From: a virus
Length of the DNA: 64,000 nucleotides
Virus record (IMG/VR): IMGVR_UViG_3300045988_144476
Strand: one strand, 5' to 3'
How positions within the stretch are numbered: position 1 is the first letter of the stretch; the number at the start of each line of letters is the position of its first letter. Positions 18,192 through 26,835 of the stretch are shown here, one piece after another. A model generated the notes under the pieces. The model was not told the origin of the DNA, searched no databases, and worked only from the letters and a program-made list of their open reading frames with translations. Both the position numbers and the translations under genes were made by a program.

Positions 18192-18413
18192 ATGATAAAA
18201 ATTAGCAAAATTGCCTTTGAAGCATTAAGAGATACGGACGGAAATGTTTCAAGAAAACCAGCGGAATGGTGGAGAAGAAATAAGTTGGCATGTATTTGGT
18301 GCATATTGTGTATACTGGCAGAGATTCCAATAACAATATTAAGATTTGTACTTATGACAATTTGTTTTATTCCACATAAAATTTATGAGCATTTAGAAGA
18401 TATGTCTTTTTAA
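18192..18413 (+). CDS. small membrane protein (73 aa)
   Basis: Hydrophobic C-terminal half. Confidence 0.5.
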   Translation: MIKISKIAFEALRDTDGNVSRKPAEWWRRNKLACIWCILCILAEIPITILRFVLMTICFIPHKIYEHLEDMSF

Positions 18414-18425
18414 GAGGTGAAATAG

Positions 18426-18887
18426 ATGGAGAGATTAACAGAAAGATACAAAGATCCTATTGCGAACACAGTTTTAATCAAGGAATGTGGGGATAAACTT
18501 TGCAAAAATATTTGTGACGATATTGAATATGATTGTAGCAAATGTGGATTAGAGAAAGCTCTTGAAAAACTTGCTGATTATGAGGATCTAGAAGAATGTG
18601 GCTTGCTTATGAGATTACCGTGTAAGGTTGGAGATGATGTGTATATCATTCCAAGTCCAACTGTTTACAGATTAAATATTATTAATGGTTATGAGAAGCT
18701 CAATAAAATATGCCATCAGCATGTTGGGACTATTGTGATTACTGCTGGACATTGGTACGCGACAAGTCGTGAAGAATATGGCGTTTACAATGAAAAAGTT
18801 CTTAATGATATTGCTTTTGGAACGACATGGTTTCTCACCCGTGAAGAAGCTGAGAAGAAGTTGGAGGAGATGAAAAATGAAATTTAA
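18426..18887 (+). CDS. hypothetical protein (153 aa)
   Basis: RBS agaggtg upstream. Confidence 0.65.
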   Translation: MERLTERYKDPIANTVLIKECGDKLCKNICDDIEYDCSKCGLEKALEKLADYEDLEECGLLMRLPCKVGDDVYIIPSPTVYRLNIINGYEKLNKICHQHVGTIVITAGHWYATSREEYGVYNEKVLNDIAFGTTWFLTREEAEKKLEEMKNEI

Positions 18888-18904
18888 TTTTAAGGAGGCA
18901 CAAA

Positions 18905-19114
18905 ATGGGAAGAAACATTTATTTTACGGATAGAGAATTAAGCATGGTAAGAGACTATGTGTTTGAAGCAACTGATATTTTAGGCAATGCTTCTGATACA
19001 GCAAAACAAGTAGACGAAGACATGGAGAATGGTCTTGGCTCTGCTTTGCGAAAATTATACAAAGGTTGTATTGGAGAATCAAAATACGCAAAGTATAAAA
19101 CCAAACGAGGATAA
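18905..19114 (+). CDS. hypothetical protein (69 aa)
   Basis: RBS aaggagg upstream. Confidence 0.6.
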   Translation: MGRNIYFTDRELSMVRDYVFEATDILGNASDTAKQVDEDMENGLGSALRKLYKGCIGESKYAKYKTKRG

Positions 19115-19158
19115 AATATTATTAATCCGATAGAGAAGAAGTTAGAGGAGATAATATC

Positions 19159-19569
19159 ATGTTAAAAGAAGAATTAACATTTGAAAGAAAAACAGCAGCA
19201 GTAATTACAGTAGACTTTTCTGCACCTAAAATTGAAGGATACGCAATGGCTTGGTTAAAACTTTGCAATAATGCAAGGGAGTATAAGAGCATTATCTGGA
19301 AGATTAAGAATGATTCAAGTAATGAAGTTTATGTTTGGTGTAATCCGGATCGTAAAGATGAAGTTATAGAATTTCTTACAGGTATTGTGGAATTTTATGA
19401 AGGAGACAAGATTACTCCAATAGGCAAAGTAATTGATGTGTCCGAAGAAGTAATCGGTGTTCCTGTTTATGAATATAAAACCACTTGCGACTCAGATGAT
19501 GAACAATGGTATGAGGATATTGATCATGCTATTTCAAATTGGGCAGCAATACAAGAAGTTTTTGATTAA
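19159..19569 (+). CDS. hypothetical protein (136 aa)
   Basis: RBS agaggag upstream. Confidence 0.65.
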   Translation: MLKEELTFERKTAAVITVDFSAPKIEGYAMAWLKLCNNAREYKSIIWKIKNDSSNEVYVWCNPDRKDEVIEFLTGIVEFYEGDKITPIGKVIDVSEEVIGVPVYEYKTTCDSDDEQWYEDIDHAISNWAAIQEVFD

Positions 19570-19586
19570 GGAAGGTGATATATATC

Positions 19587-19892
19587 ATGAAGAAAATTAT
19601 TAATGGTAAAAAATATGATACAGATACAGCAAAGGAAATCGGTTACTGGAACAATGGACATTTTCGTAATGATTTTTATTATGCTGAAGAAACTTTATAT
19701 AAAAAGAAAACTGGAGAGTTTTTCTTATATTGTGAAGGTGGGGCGGCTAGTAATTATAGTCACAAAGAAGGAAATGTGATGATAGGTGGCTGGGAATTAA
19801 AATCAATTACAGAAGATGAAGCTAAGAAATGGGCCGAAGATCATTTAACTGTGGAAGAATATGAAGGAATATTTGGAAAGGTGGAAGAGTGA
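19587..19892 (+). CDS. hypothetical protein (101 aa)
   Basis: The ATG at 19587 lies about 9 nt after gaaggtg. Confidence 0.6.
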   Translation: MKKIINGKKYDTDTAKEIGYWNNGHFRNDFYYAEETLYKKKTGEFFLYCEGGAASNYSHKEGNVMIGGWELKSITEDEAKKWAEDHLTVEEYEGIFGKVEE

Positions 19893-20260
19893 AATTTAAT
19901 GAAAAATGTAAAATTCGATTACTTAGAGATTTTTCGAGAGATGACTTGAGAATGGGTGATGTTTTTATTGTTTATAAATATCGAAATTTTGCTGATAACA
20001 TTACATATCTTAATCCGAAAACATATCTTAAGTTTAATCCAAAAGATGTAAAGGAACTTTCAGACAATGCAAAAGAATACGTTTTTAAAATATTTATTTC
20101 AGATAAATATGTCGGAAAAATGTCTGTTATAGCTGATTCGGTAGAGGATGCTTATAACACTATGCTAGAGATAATCAGACATAGATCATATAAAGCATTT
20201 CCGGAATTAGATATTGAATATAGTGTTCAAATAATTGAAGATGGAGATGATAAAGAATGA
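19889..20260 (+). CDS. hypothetical protein (123 aa), GTG start
   Basis: 4-nt overlap; no in-frame ATG nearby. Confidence 0.5.
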   Translation: MKFNEKCKIRLLRDFSRDDLRMGDVFIVYKYRNFADNITYLNPKTYLKFNPKDVKELSDNAKEYVFKIFISDKYVGKMSVIADSVEDAYNTMLEIIRHRSYKAFPELDIEYSVQIIEDGDDKE

Positions 20261-20538
20261 CATTAAAAGAATTATTTAAACAAGGAAAGCTTCATATTGG
20301 TGTAAGCGAAATAAAACAATTTTCAGCAGTTAATATTGGATTTATGAATAATGGAAAAGAAGATGAAACGCAGCTTGATGTTACACATAATATTCTAACA
20401 AAGTATGGACAGGAAGAGTTAAATGAATTATTTGAATGGTTTGCAAAAGAATGTAAAGTGCCAAAAGATTCTGTTACATATTGTGAAGTCGTAGCTACTG
20501 CAAATACATATAAAGAATTAATTGAAATGGGATATTGA
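20257..20538 (+). CDS. hypothetical protein (93 aa)
   Basis: 4-nt overlap with the upstream gene. Confidence 0.6.
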   Translation: MTLKELFKQGKLHIGVSEIKQFSAVNIGFMNNGKEDETQLDVTHNILTKYGQEELNELFEWFAKECKVPKDSVTYCEVVATANTYKELIEMGY

Positions 20539-20547
20539 GGTGATATT

Positions 20548-20949
20548 ATGGGATCATGTTATTGGGTTAAATTAAAAGTTAAATTAAATAACAAAGCGAA
20601 AGCAATTAAGGCTTTACAGGATAAAATATCCAGAGCTAAGGAAGAAAATGTAGATTATGGATTAACATCATATGTAAAACACAAAAATTATAATTTAAAT
20701 AATTTTGATGATTTAATCAAAATATTTCTCTGTGAACATCAAGGTGATTTTGAGGTTGAGACTGTAGAAAATGGATTTACAAAGTATTCTTCTGGATTTG
20801 ATGCTTCTTATGGATGGGAAAGCCTAATGATTGAGATGTTTAAAGAGATTTCTCCATATCTGGAAGACAGATCAAAATTATATATTAATTGTGATGATGG
20901 ATGGTACGAATTTGTTGTAGCAAATGGAAAATGGTATCAAACACATTGA
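20548..20949 (+). CDS. hypothetical protein (133 aa)
   Basis: RBS gaggtg upstream. Confidence 0.65.
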   Translation: MGSCYWVKLKVKLNNKAKAIKALQDKISRAKEENVDYGLTSYVKHKNYNLNNFDDLIKIFLCEHQGDFEVETVENGFTKYSSGFDASYGWESLMIEMFKEISPYLEDRSKLYINCDDGWYEFVVANGKWYQTH

Positions 20950-20958
20950 GGTGATTAA

Positions 20959-22239
20959 ATGAAAGATTACTTGTTAGAGAAGTTCTTTGAAACAAAACGA
21001 TGGGAAGCAGCAATTGAAACAGGAGTTATCAAAGGAATTAATAAATCTGAGTTAAGAAGATTATGTAGTCCGGAATACAGATTAGCATTATTAAATGCGA
21101 TCATTACTGATAATTACGAAATAGCCCCTCCTCATCAAGCATTGATTCCAAAAGGGAATGGAGAATTTAGAACAGTTTATGTTAATGAAGGAATGGACCG
21201 GATCTTCTTATCAATTGTAAATGATATGTTATTTGAACTTGATCATGATTCTATTCATCCTGCTTGTAAGAGTTATCAGAAAGGAATTGGATGTGGTAAG
21301 GTTGTTCAAGAAGTTGTAAGATGGATCGAAAATACTGACAGACAAGATATTGGATTCAAGGCAGATCTAAGTAAATATTTTGATTCAGTTCCAATTGAAT
21401 TTATTGATAAAGAGTTTGATCGGATTGAAAATAAATTTGGAAAATCAAAGATTATTAATGTGTTGCGAAAATATTATCATTGTGATTTATGTTTTGATCC
21501 GGATGGAAATCTTATTGAACATTATCAGAGTCTTAAACAGGGTTGTGCAATTGGTTCATGGCTTGCAGATCGTGTGTTATATCATATTGACGAACGATTA
21601 GATAGTTTATGTTCGACATGGGGAACAAGAGGAACATATATAAGATATTCTGATGATATATTATTAATTTCTCGGGAATATGAAAAAGGAATGGAAATCC
21701 TTAAAGAAGAACTTGAGAAAATGAATATGAAATTAAATCCAAAGAAAGTAGAACTACTTGATAAAGATCGATGGTTTAAATTCCTCGGATTTATGATCAA
21801 GGGTGATCAGATTACATTATCCAAAAGCAGAGTGAAAGATTTTCAGAAAGAAATTGAATCTCGGACCATTAAAAAGAGAAATACAACCAAGACAAAAGCA
21901 ATAAATAGTGTAAACAGATACCTATATAAAGGTGATGGAAAATATTCTTGGGCGACATCAGTACTTCCAATCATCAATGTACAGAAAGATGTTGATACGT
22001 TGAATGAATTTGTTATGGATTGTATTAGAGCTGCAGAAACAGGGAAAAAGAAAATTGGTGGTCTTGGGTGTGTGATCGATAAAGAAAATTATACAATTCT
22101 TCGAGGAACTGGAAGAAATGTAAAAGCAAATAAAATAAAAACAGAAAAAGATATTGAAGGATATAAGAGTATCCGGTGTATGCAGAATGCATTGAATTAC
22201 AGCAGGCCGTTGTATGATACTTTGGTGAGGGAGATGTGA
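20959..22239 (+). CDS. reverse transcriptase (group II intron-like / unclassified prokaryotic RT)
   Basis: RT motifs in order: IPKGNGEFRTVYV, KADLSKYFDSV, LKQGCAIGSWLAD, YIRYSDDILLIS (YSDD at 21646-21657), LNPKKVELL and FKFLGFMI. A C-terminal extension of about 140 aa follows. Confidence 0.85.
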   Translation: MKDYLLEKFFETKRWEAAIETGVIKGINKSELRRLCSPEYRLALLNAIITDNYEIAPPHQALIPKGNGEFRTVYVNEGMDRIFLSIVNDMLFELDHDSIHPACKSYQKGIGCGKVVQEVVRWIENTDRQDIGFKADLSKYFDSVPIEFIDKEFDRIENKFGKSKIINVLRKYYHCDLCFDPDGNLIEHYQSLKQGCAIGSWLADRVLYHIDERLDSLCSTWGTRGTYIRYSDDILLISREYEKGMEILKEELEKMNMKLNPKKVELLDKDRWFKFLGFMIKGDQITLSKSRVKDFQKEIESRTIKKRNTTKTKAINSVNRYLYKGDGKYSWATSVLPIINVQKDVDTLNEFVMDCIRAAETGKKKIGGLGCVIDKENYTILRGTGRNVKANKIKTEKDIEGYKSIRCMQNALNYSRPLYDTLVREM

Positions 22240-22241
22240 TT

Positions 22242-22604
22242 ATGTATATTGTACCAAGGATAGAAGTAAGAGAAGCAGAAGATATTATTGATTTTGCTAC
22301 GACAATGGATTCAGATATGAATCTATACTTTGAAGAAAAGAAAACGTTGTTAGAAGATATACCAAGAGGTGAGAATCCCGGAACTGCATATTATTCGTTT
22401 TATCCAGCGGTAATAAATCCTAAGCTGTTTTATGCGTATATTTTGGCAATTAAGTATTTTCAAGATGGTACATGTCAATGGAAATTATGTTTAACATCTA
22501 GGGAAAATAAAAAGTGCCATATGACATTAGGAATTATGAGAGGAACTGAAGAAGAAGCGAAAGAACGACTTGCAACAATTCTTACTTCTGGAAGTATTAG
22601 ATGA
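22242..22604 (+). CDS. hypothetical protein (120 aa) immediately downstream of the RT
   Basis: The ATG at 22242 lies 8 nt after ggtgagggag. The GTG at 22236 overlaps the RT stop codon. Confidence 0.6.
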   Translation: MYIVPRIEVREAEDIIDFATTMDSDMNLYFEEKKTLLEDIPRGENPGTAYYSFYPAVINPKLFYAYILAIKYFQDGTCQWKLCLTSRENKKCHMTLGIMRGTEEEAKERLATILTSGSIR

Positions 22605-22620
22605 GAATTGAGGTGTAATT

Positions 22621-23202
22621 ATGGGCTGGACTTCTTATCATGCAGAATTCTACAAAAACGGAACTGTTGATCGGAAAAAAGAAATTGATAAACTTTGGAC
22701 TCAGGCAGAATGTAAAAAATATCCAGAGTTAAATGTATTGAAATCAAGAATGGTTGGTTCTACATATTATGCAGCAATTGAAGAAAAAGAGAAAGGTGTC
22801 GTTAAGAATGTATTCGCTGTAGTTGTATTAACATCTATAAATATGAAAGATTATTTTAATTTTTCATATAAAGAGATGGATGAATCGGTTGGACCATATT
22901 GTTATGATTGTCCAAAAGGAATTCTTGATTTGCTAACAGAAACGGATAATGAATATGCAATAAATTGGAGAAACAAGTGTAGAGAAAATCTTCAGAAGAA
23001 AAAAGAAAAATTAACAAAAGGAACGTTGCCGGTTGGAAGTATTATTAAGGTCAAAAAATATAATGGTGAGTACGTAATATTACAAAAAATGTCACCAATG
23101 TATCAATTCAGGAGAGCCTGGTGGTATTGTGCAGAATCTAATACATATTATCCACTCAATCATATACCAGATGAATTTGAAATTATTAAGAAGGGAGCTT
23201 AA
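22621..23202 (+). CDS. hypothetical protein (193 aa)
   Basis: RBS gaggtg upstream. Confidence 0.65.
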   Translation: MGWTSYHAEFYKNGTVDRKKEIDKLWTQAECKKYPELNVLKSRMVGSTYYAAIEEKEKGVVKNVFAVVVLTSINMKDYFNFSYKEMDESVGPYCYDCPKGILDLLTETDNEYAINWRNKCRENLQKKKEKLTKGTLPVGSIIKVKKYNGEYVILQKMSPMYQFRRAWWYCAESNTYYPLNHIPDEFEIIKKGA

Positions 23203-23204
23203 TT

Positions 23205-23822
23205 ATGAAGTTAAATGAAAAAATTATAGAAGCCATTGAAAACAATGGATTTTGTTGTAGTGCAGTTGTGGAACAGGATAATGGATTTTATATTGAACTT
23301 TATCAAGACACGCCTGCAGGAGAAGATTGGCATGTAACAATCTGGTTTAATGGAAGTGACAATGAATTTATAAATTCATTCAGAAAGTATGCCGAAGATT
23401 TTGATGTTGATGAAGAAGCAGAAATTTGGATTAAATCAAGAGGTGAGCATGGAGTCCCAAGCAGCATCAGCCTATTAGTTAAAGATGCTGAATGGAAAAA
23501 AGAAAAGCTTGGATTGTTACTTAAAGATCTTGAAGATATTGAACACGCAAATTTTAACGAAGGACTACTCACATTGATTATCTTGGACAATATAGATTGT
23601 GATGAGCCAGCTTCAGTATTTATGATTCCATTGATAAAACAAATAGAAGTAGAAAATCTTGCCAAAACAATTCATGCAACAAGTACAGATAAAATTGAAG
23701 ATGAATTTGAAGATTTATTAAGAGAAAAGAGAATTAAACATGAGTGGATCGGTCGTATATATGATGCTAACAGAGAAAAAGATTGGATTGACGATAAGAT
23801 CTCAAGAGTAATTGTAGGATAA
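23205..23822 (+). CDS. hypothetical protein (205 aa)
   Basis: RBS aagggag upstream. Confidence 0.65.
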   Translation: MKLNEKIIEAIENNGFCCSAVVEQDNGFYIELYQDTPAGEDWHVTIWFNGSDNEFINSFRKYAEDFDVDEEAEIWIKSRGEHGVPSSISLLVKDAEWKKEKLGLLLKDLEDIEHANFNEGLLTLIILDNIDCDEPASVFMIPLIKQIEVENLAKTIHATSTDKIEDEFEDLLREKRIKHEWIGRIYDANREKDWIDDKISRVIVG

Positions 23823-23849
23823 TGATGAATTAAGCAAAGGAATGATAAA

Positions 23850-23936
23850 ATGGCATTTAAGATAGTAATTGGATGGTTTGTATTTATGTATGGAACTGCA
23901 TTGATTATGATTATAAAAGAAAGGAAAGAGATGTAA
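23850..23936 (+). CDS. possible 28-aa single-TM peptide
   Basis: Sequence MAFKIVIGWFVFMYGTALIMIIKERKEM; its stop codon overlaps the next ATG. Confidence 0.35.
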   Translation: MAFKIVIGWFVFMYGTALIMIIKERKEM

Positions 23937-24157
23937 TGCCTGAAAATATTTGGTTATATGGATTTGATGGTTTTGAAGGAACCAAAACAGTGGGTTTTGT
24001 AATTGCAAAATCATCAACAGAAGCGGTTGATAAAGTTTGGGATATGTATAATGACTTTGCAACTGATTATAATTTGTCAGATCTTGTGGTATGGAAACCA
24101 GAAGAAGATGATAACTATAGAGAAGATTATCCTAGTGTGATGGAAATTGTTTATTAG
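23936..24157 (+). CDS. hypothetical protein (73 aa)
   Basis: The internal ATG is preceded by aaggaaagag. Confidence 0.55.
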   Translation: MPENIWLYGFDGFEGTKTVGFVIAKSSTEAVDKVWDMYNDFATDYNLSDLVVWKPEEDDNYREDYPSVMEIVY

Positions 24158-24165
24158 TTATAATT

Positions 24166-24179
24166 AATGTTTTAATCAA
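24166..24179 (+). repeat. intergenic motif copy AATGTTTTAATCAA
   Basis: Exact variant after a stop codon. Confidence 0.9.
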
Positions 24180-24240
24180 ACCACAATTAAATAATATGCA
24201 TGAACACACATGAAATATACAATATCAATGAACTTTAATT

Positions 24241-24304
24241 AAGCTGCTTTAATACCAGCAGAGAGCCTGGTTTATCACCAGGCTTACTGCTGGTACAGCA
24301 GCTT
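24241..24304 (+). ncRNA. GC-rich three-tier hairpin (element A1)
   Basis: Three stacked stems: aagctgct/agcagctt, taccagcag/ctgctggta and agcctggt/accaggct, about 25 bp in total. Confidence 0.5.
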
Positions 24305-24305
24305 C

Positions 24306-24326
24306 ATATGAAACTGTTAAAGAAAT
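24306..24326 (+). repeat. conserved 21-nt box, copy 1 (ATATGAAACTGTTAAAGAAAT)
   Basis: Follows hairpin A1 directly. Confidence 0.8.
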
Positions 24327-24398
24327 GTGTAGAATTGATTGAGTGTATTAGAACCGGAGTATAACGGAAGATAAATGAGATATATTTTGTTCAAGGCT

Positions 24399-24459
24399 AG
24401 ATCCGTTCACTGGATCTGAACTGAAGATAATATCTTCAGAAAGATCCAGGAATGGATCT
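24399..24459 (+). ncRNA. three consecutive hairpins (element A2)
   Basis: agatcc/ggatct, then ctgaagat/atcttcag, then agatcc/ggatct. The first and third hairpins have identical arms. Confidence 0.45.
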
Positions 24460-24464
24460 CCACC

Positions 24465-24485
24465 ATATGAGACTTTTATAGAAAT
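24465..24485 (+). repeat. conserved 21-nt box, copy 2 (ATATGAGACTTTTATAGAAAT)
   Basis: Lies 5 nt after element A2. Confidence 0.8.
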
Positions 24486-24557
24486 ATACCGGATATATGA
24501 GTTTATCTAAAAAAAATATGTAGAATAACATTTATTAACAAGGTAATTAAATTCAAT

Positions 24558-24623
24558 AGAAGGCGATAGATCAGCGAGGCTGCCCGGATTATCTTCCTGG
24601 CTGCCCGCTTTCCATACGCCTCT
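24558..24623 (+). ncRNA. GC-rich element A3 with a direct repeat
   Basis: Closing stem agaaggcg/cgcctct. GGCTGCCCG is repeated at 24578 and 24599. Confidence 0.4.
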
Positions 24624-24624
24624 G

Positions 24625-24645
24625 ATATGAAACAGTTTAAGAAAT
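24625..24645 (+). repeat. conserved 21-nt box, copy 3 (ATATGAAACAGTTTAAGAAAT)
   Basis: Coincides with the ORF-track start at 24627, which has no RBS. Confidence 0.8.
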
Positions 24646-24695
24646 ATTCCAAGATTACTGAGCTAATATATAATTTTACAAAGGAGATAGATGAA

Positions 24696-25199
24696 ATGAT
24701 TGAAAGAGAAGAAATGATGACTTATTATGATAACCTTATGGATTGGGTAGAAAGAGGACATGCGTTTAGGATTGATTTAAAGACAAAATCAATGCAGTTA
24801 CTTTCAAATGAAAAATGTATTGAGAATGGAGATTGGTTTCCTGATGCTGATCTGATTCATATTAATGGAATTTGTGATGAAGAAGACAAAACGAAATTCT
24901 GTTTGGACATTATTGAAGAGCTTTACCATAATTACAAATATTCAACTCCAACAGAGAAGAGTGAACGATATAAACAGAGAAATTATTTTAAAGCTTTATC
25001 TCCAGATGAAATGACTGATGAAGAATTAGTTAACGGTGAAGACAGAAATGTTGCAAAAGCAAAACTTGAAGGATTTATTCTTTGTGCTTCATTGGCCGGT
25101 TATCTTACTTGGGATGAAAAGAAAATGGGCAAATGGTTTTATCAGGGAAAAGATAAGGATCTTGTGATTTTAAGAGAATGGGTGGAGGTAAGAAGTTAA
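24696..25199 (+). CDS. hypothetical protein (167 aa; alternative start at 24627)
   Basis: The ATG at 24696 lies 9 nt after aaggag. The upstream ATG at 24627 lies in the conserved box and lacks an RBS. Confidence 0.6.
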   Translation: MIEREEMMTYYDNLMDWVERGHAFRIDLKTKSMQLLSNEKCIENGDWFPDADLIHINGICDEEDKTKFCLDIIEELYHNYKYSTPTEKSERYKQRNYFKALSPDEMTDEELVNGEDRNVAKAKLEGFILCASLAGYLTWDEKKMGKWFYQGKDKDLVILREWVEVRS

Positions 25200-25202
25200 A
25201 TA

Positions 25203-25559
25203 ATGAAAAAGGAATTGAAGAATTATATATTCAAAACTACAACTACAATGAAAGAATACAATAATAAGAAATGGTATATTAATTCAGATGTAATTCCTGA
25301 ATTTCAGGTTCAAGCAACTTCTATTAATGAAGCGTTATTGAAATATAAAGATTATGTATATAAAGAAGGTATTATTAACATATCTGATAATGCATTAAAG
25401 ACTAAACAGAAAATGTATATTGATACGGTTGATGGTGTAAAACAAGTTGGATATGTAATTACCGGACAGACTGAAATTCTATGTGAAAATTACAAATGGA
25501 TCAAACAATATATTGATTTATGGGTAAAAATACTTACTGTTGTTGATACGGAATTTTAA
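25203..25559 (+). CDS. hypothetical protein (118 aa)
   Basis: RBS ggagg upstream. Confidence 0.65.
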   Translation: MKKELKNYIFKTTTTMKEYNNKKWYINSDVIPEFQVQATSINEALLKYKDYVYKEGIINISDNALKTKQKMYIDTVDGVKQVGYVITGQTEILCENYKWIKQYIDLWVKILTVVDTEF

Positions 25560-25580
25560 TATAAAGGAGAGATAAATAAT

Positions 25581-26765
25581 ATGAATAACTGGAATTATTT
25601 TGATAGCCCAGAATTATATAAAAAAGTAGAAATTCTTTTAAATGATGGTTCTGTTAGACAGGATATGATGATAAAAGGCAAGTATGATACCAATGAATGG
25701 CGTAACTATACAAATCATAGTGTAACAGCTTGGAGATATATTGAAGAGTCTAATAATAAAGAATTAATTAAAAAGGAGAATAAAACAATGATGAAAAACA
25801 CAAGAGAAAACAGAGTAGCAACAATGCAGTCAGCAGGAATTGACACAAAGAAATATTTTAGTATCAATCTTCCAGAAGGACTTAAACCAGGATCAGTGAT
25901 TTCATTAGTTATTGATGAAAATGGTAATCCTGCAATTGCTACAGAAACAGAAGAAAAAACAACTAAAAAGATAATTGATCCTGAACTTGAACAGTATAAT
26001 AGTATTATAAGTCAGATTGAGAATGGTTATGTAAGAAATTCTAAATTACATAGAAGATGGGTAATGGCACAGATGTTCAGAATGCTTAATTCTTCACTTG
26101 GATATAATGAGTGTTTGAAACGTAGATATGATTATAAGTATCAGTTTAATATGCTGATTGATGAACTGAATGCTCTTGGACATTTACAGAGGGAAGATCC
26201 TGAAGAGTTTAAAGACAGATTAAGTTTCTTCAATAAAGATGTGGTTATTGCTTTATGTAATGATTATTATGAAAAATTAAAGAAAGTAGTAGATAGTCTT
26301 CCAGAAAAGAAATGCGAAGGCAAACCGTATGTAAGAATTAGTGGAAATAATATTTTTATTGATGATTTAAATGATAAATTATATATTCCAATTTTAAACA
26401 GTATTATAGGTATTCAATATTGTACTTCTTATGAAGCACTTAGCAACTTATTAAAGAATTTTGTAAGGCTTTTTGTAAATAGATATACACTTCCTTACAA
26501 CACAAGTAAATGTGCAGCATGGGTAGATGCTTATAAAGGAGCTGGAGCTTATTATACAATGATGAACATGGTTAAATTTCATAATTGTTTTATTACTAAT
26601 AATACTACCGGAGAAGTTTACATAGGAATGAAAGCAGTTGGATATCTTAAAACGTTAAATGTTGTTCATGAGGGTTATGGATACAGAATGTTTGCCGAAA
26701 TGAATAGAATGATTGAAGAAAATCATTTTGATTTTAATGGAAGAATGAGAGAAATTTATTCTTAA
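25581..26765 (+). CDS. hypothetical protein (394 aa)
   Basis: RBS aaaggagag upstream. Confidence 0.7.
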   Translation: MNNWNYFDSPELYKKVEILLNDGSVRQDMMIKGKYDTNEWRNYTNHSVTAWRYIEESNNKELIKKENKTMMKNTRENRVATMQSAGIDTKKYFSINLPEGLKPGSVISLVIDENGNPAIATETEEKTTKKIIDPELEQYNSIISQIENGYVRNSKLHRRWVMAQMFRMLNSSLGYNECLKRRYDYKYQFNMLIDELNALGHLQREDPEEFKDRLSFFNKDVVIALCNDYYEKLKKVVDSLPEKKCEGKPYVRISGNNIFIDDLNDKLYIPILNSIIGIQYCTSYEALSNLLKNFVRLFVNRYTLPYNTSKCAAWVDAYKGAGAYYTMMNMVKFHNCFITNNTTGEVYIGMKAVGYLKTLNVVHEGYGYRMFAEMNRMIEENHFDFNGRMREIYS

Positions 26766-26835
26766 AACTTTCATAATGCATAATTAATACGAAAGCAAAT
26801 ATATATTGCAATTTCCATAAGGTATATTAATTTAA

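Noticed and set aside
20959-22239. The RT as a diversity-generating retroelement or a retron.
   Set aside because: There is no adjacent non-coding template, no Avd-like gene and no retron-style flanking inverted repeats. By eye I found no long near-identical repeat pair with A-specific differences. A whole-genome repeat search is still needed.
24627-24695. The ORF-track start (MKQFKKYSK...) for the gene ending at 25199.
   Set aside because: It has no RBS and coincides with the conserved non-coding box. The ATG at 24696 has AAGGAG at the optimal distance. It is kept as an alternative start only.
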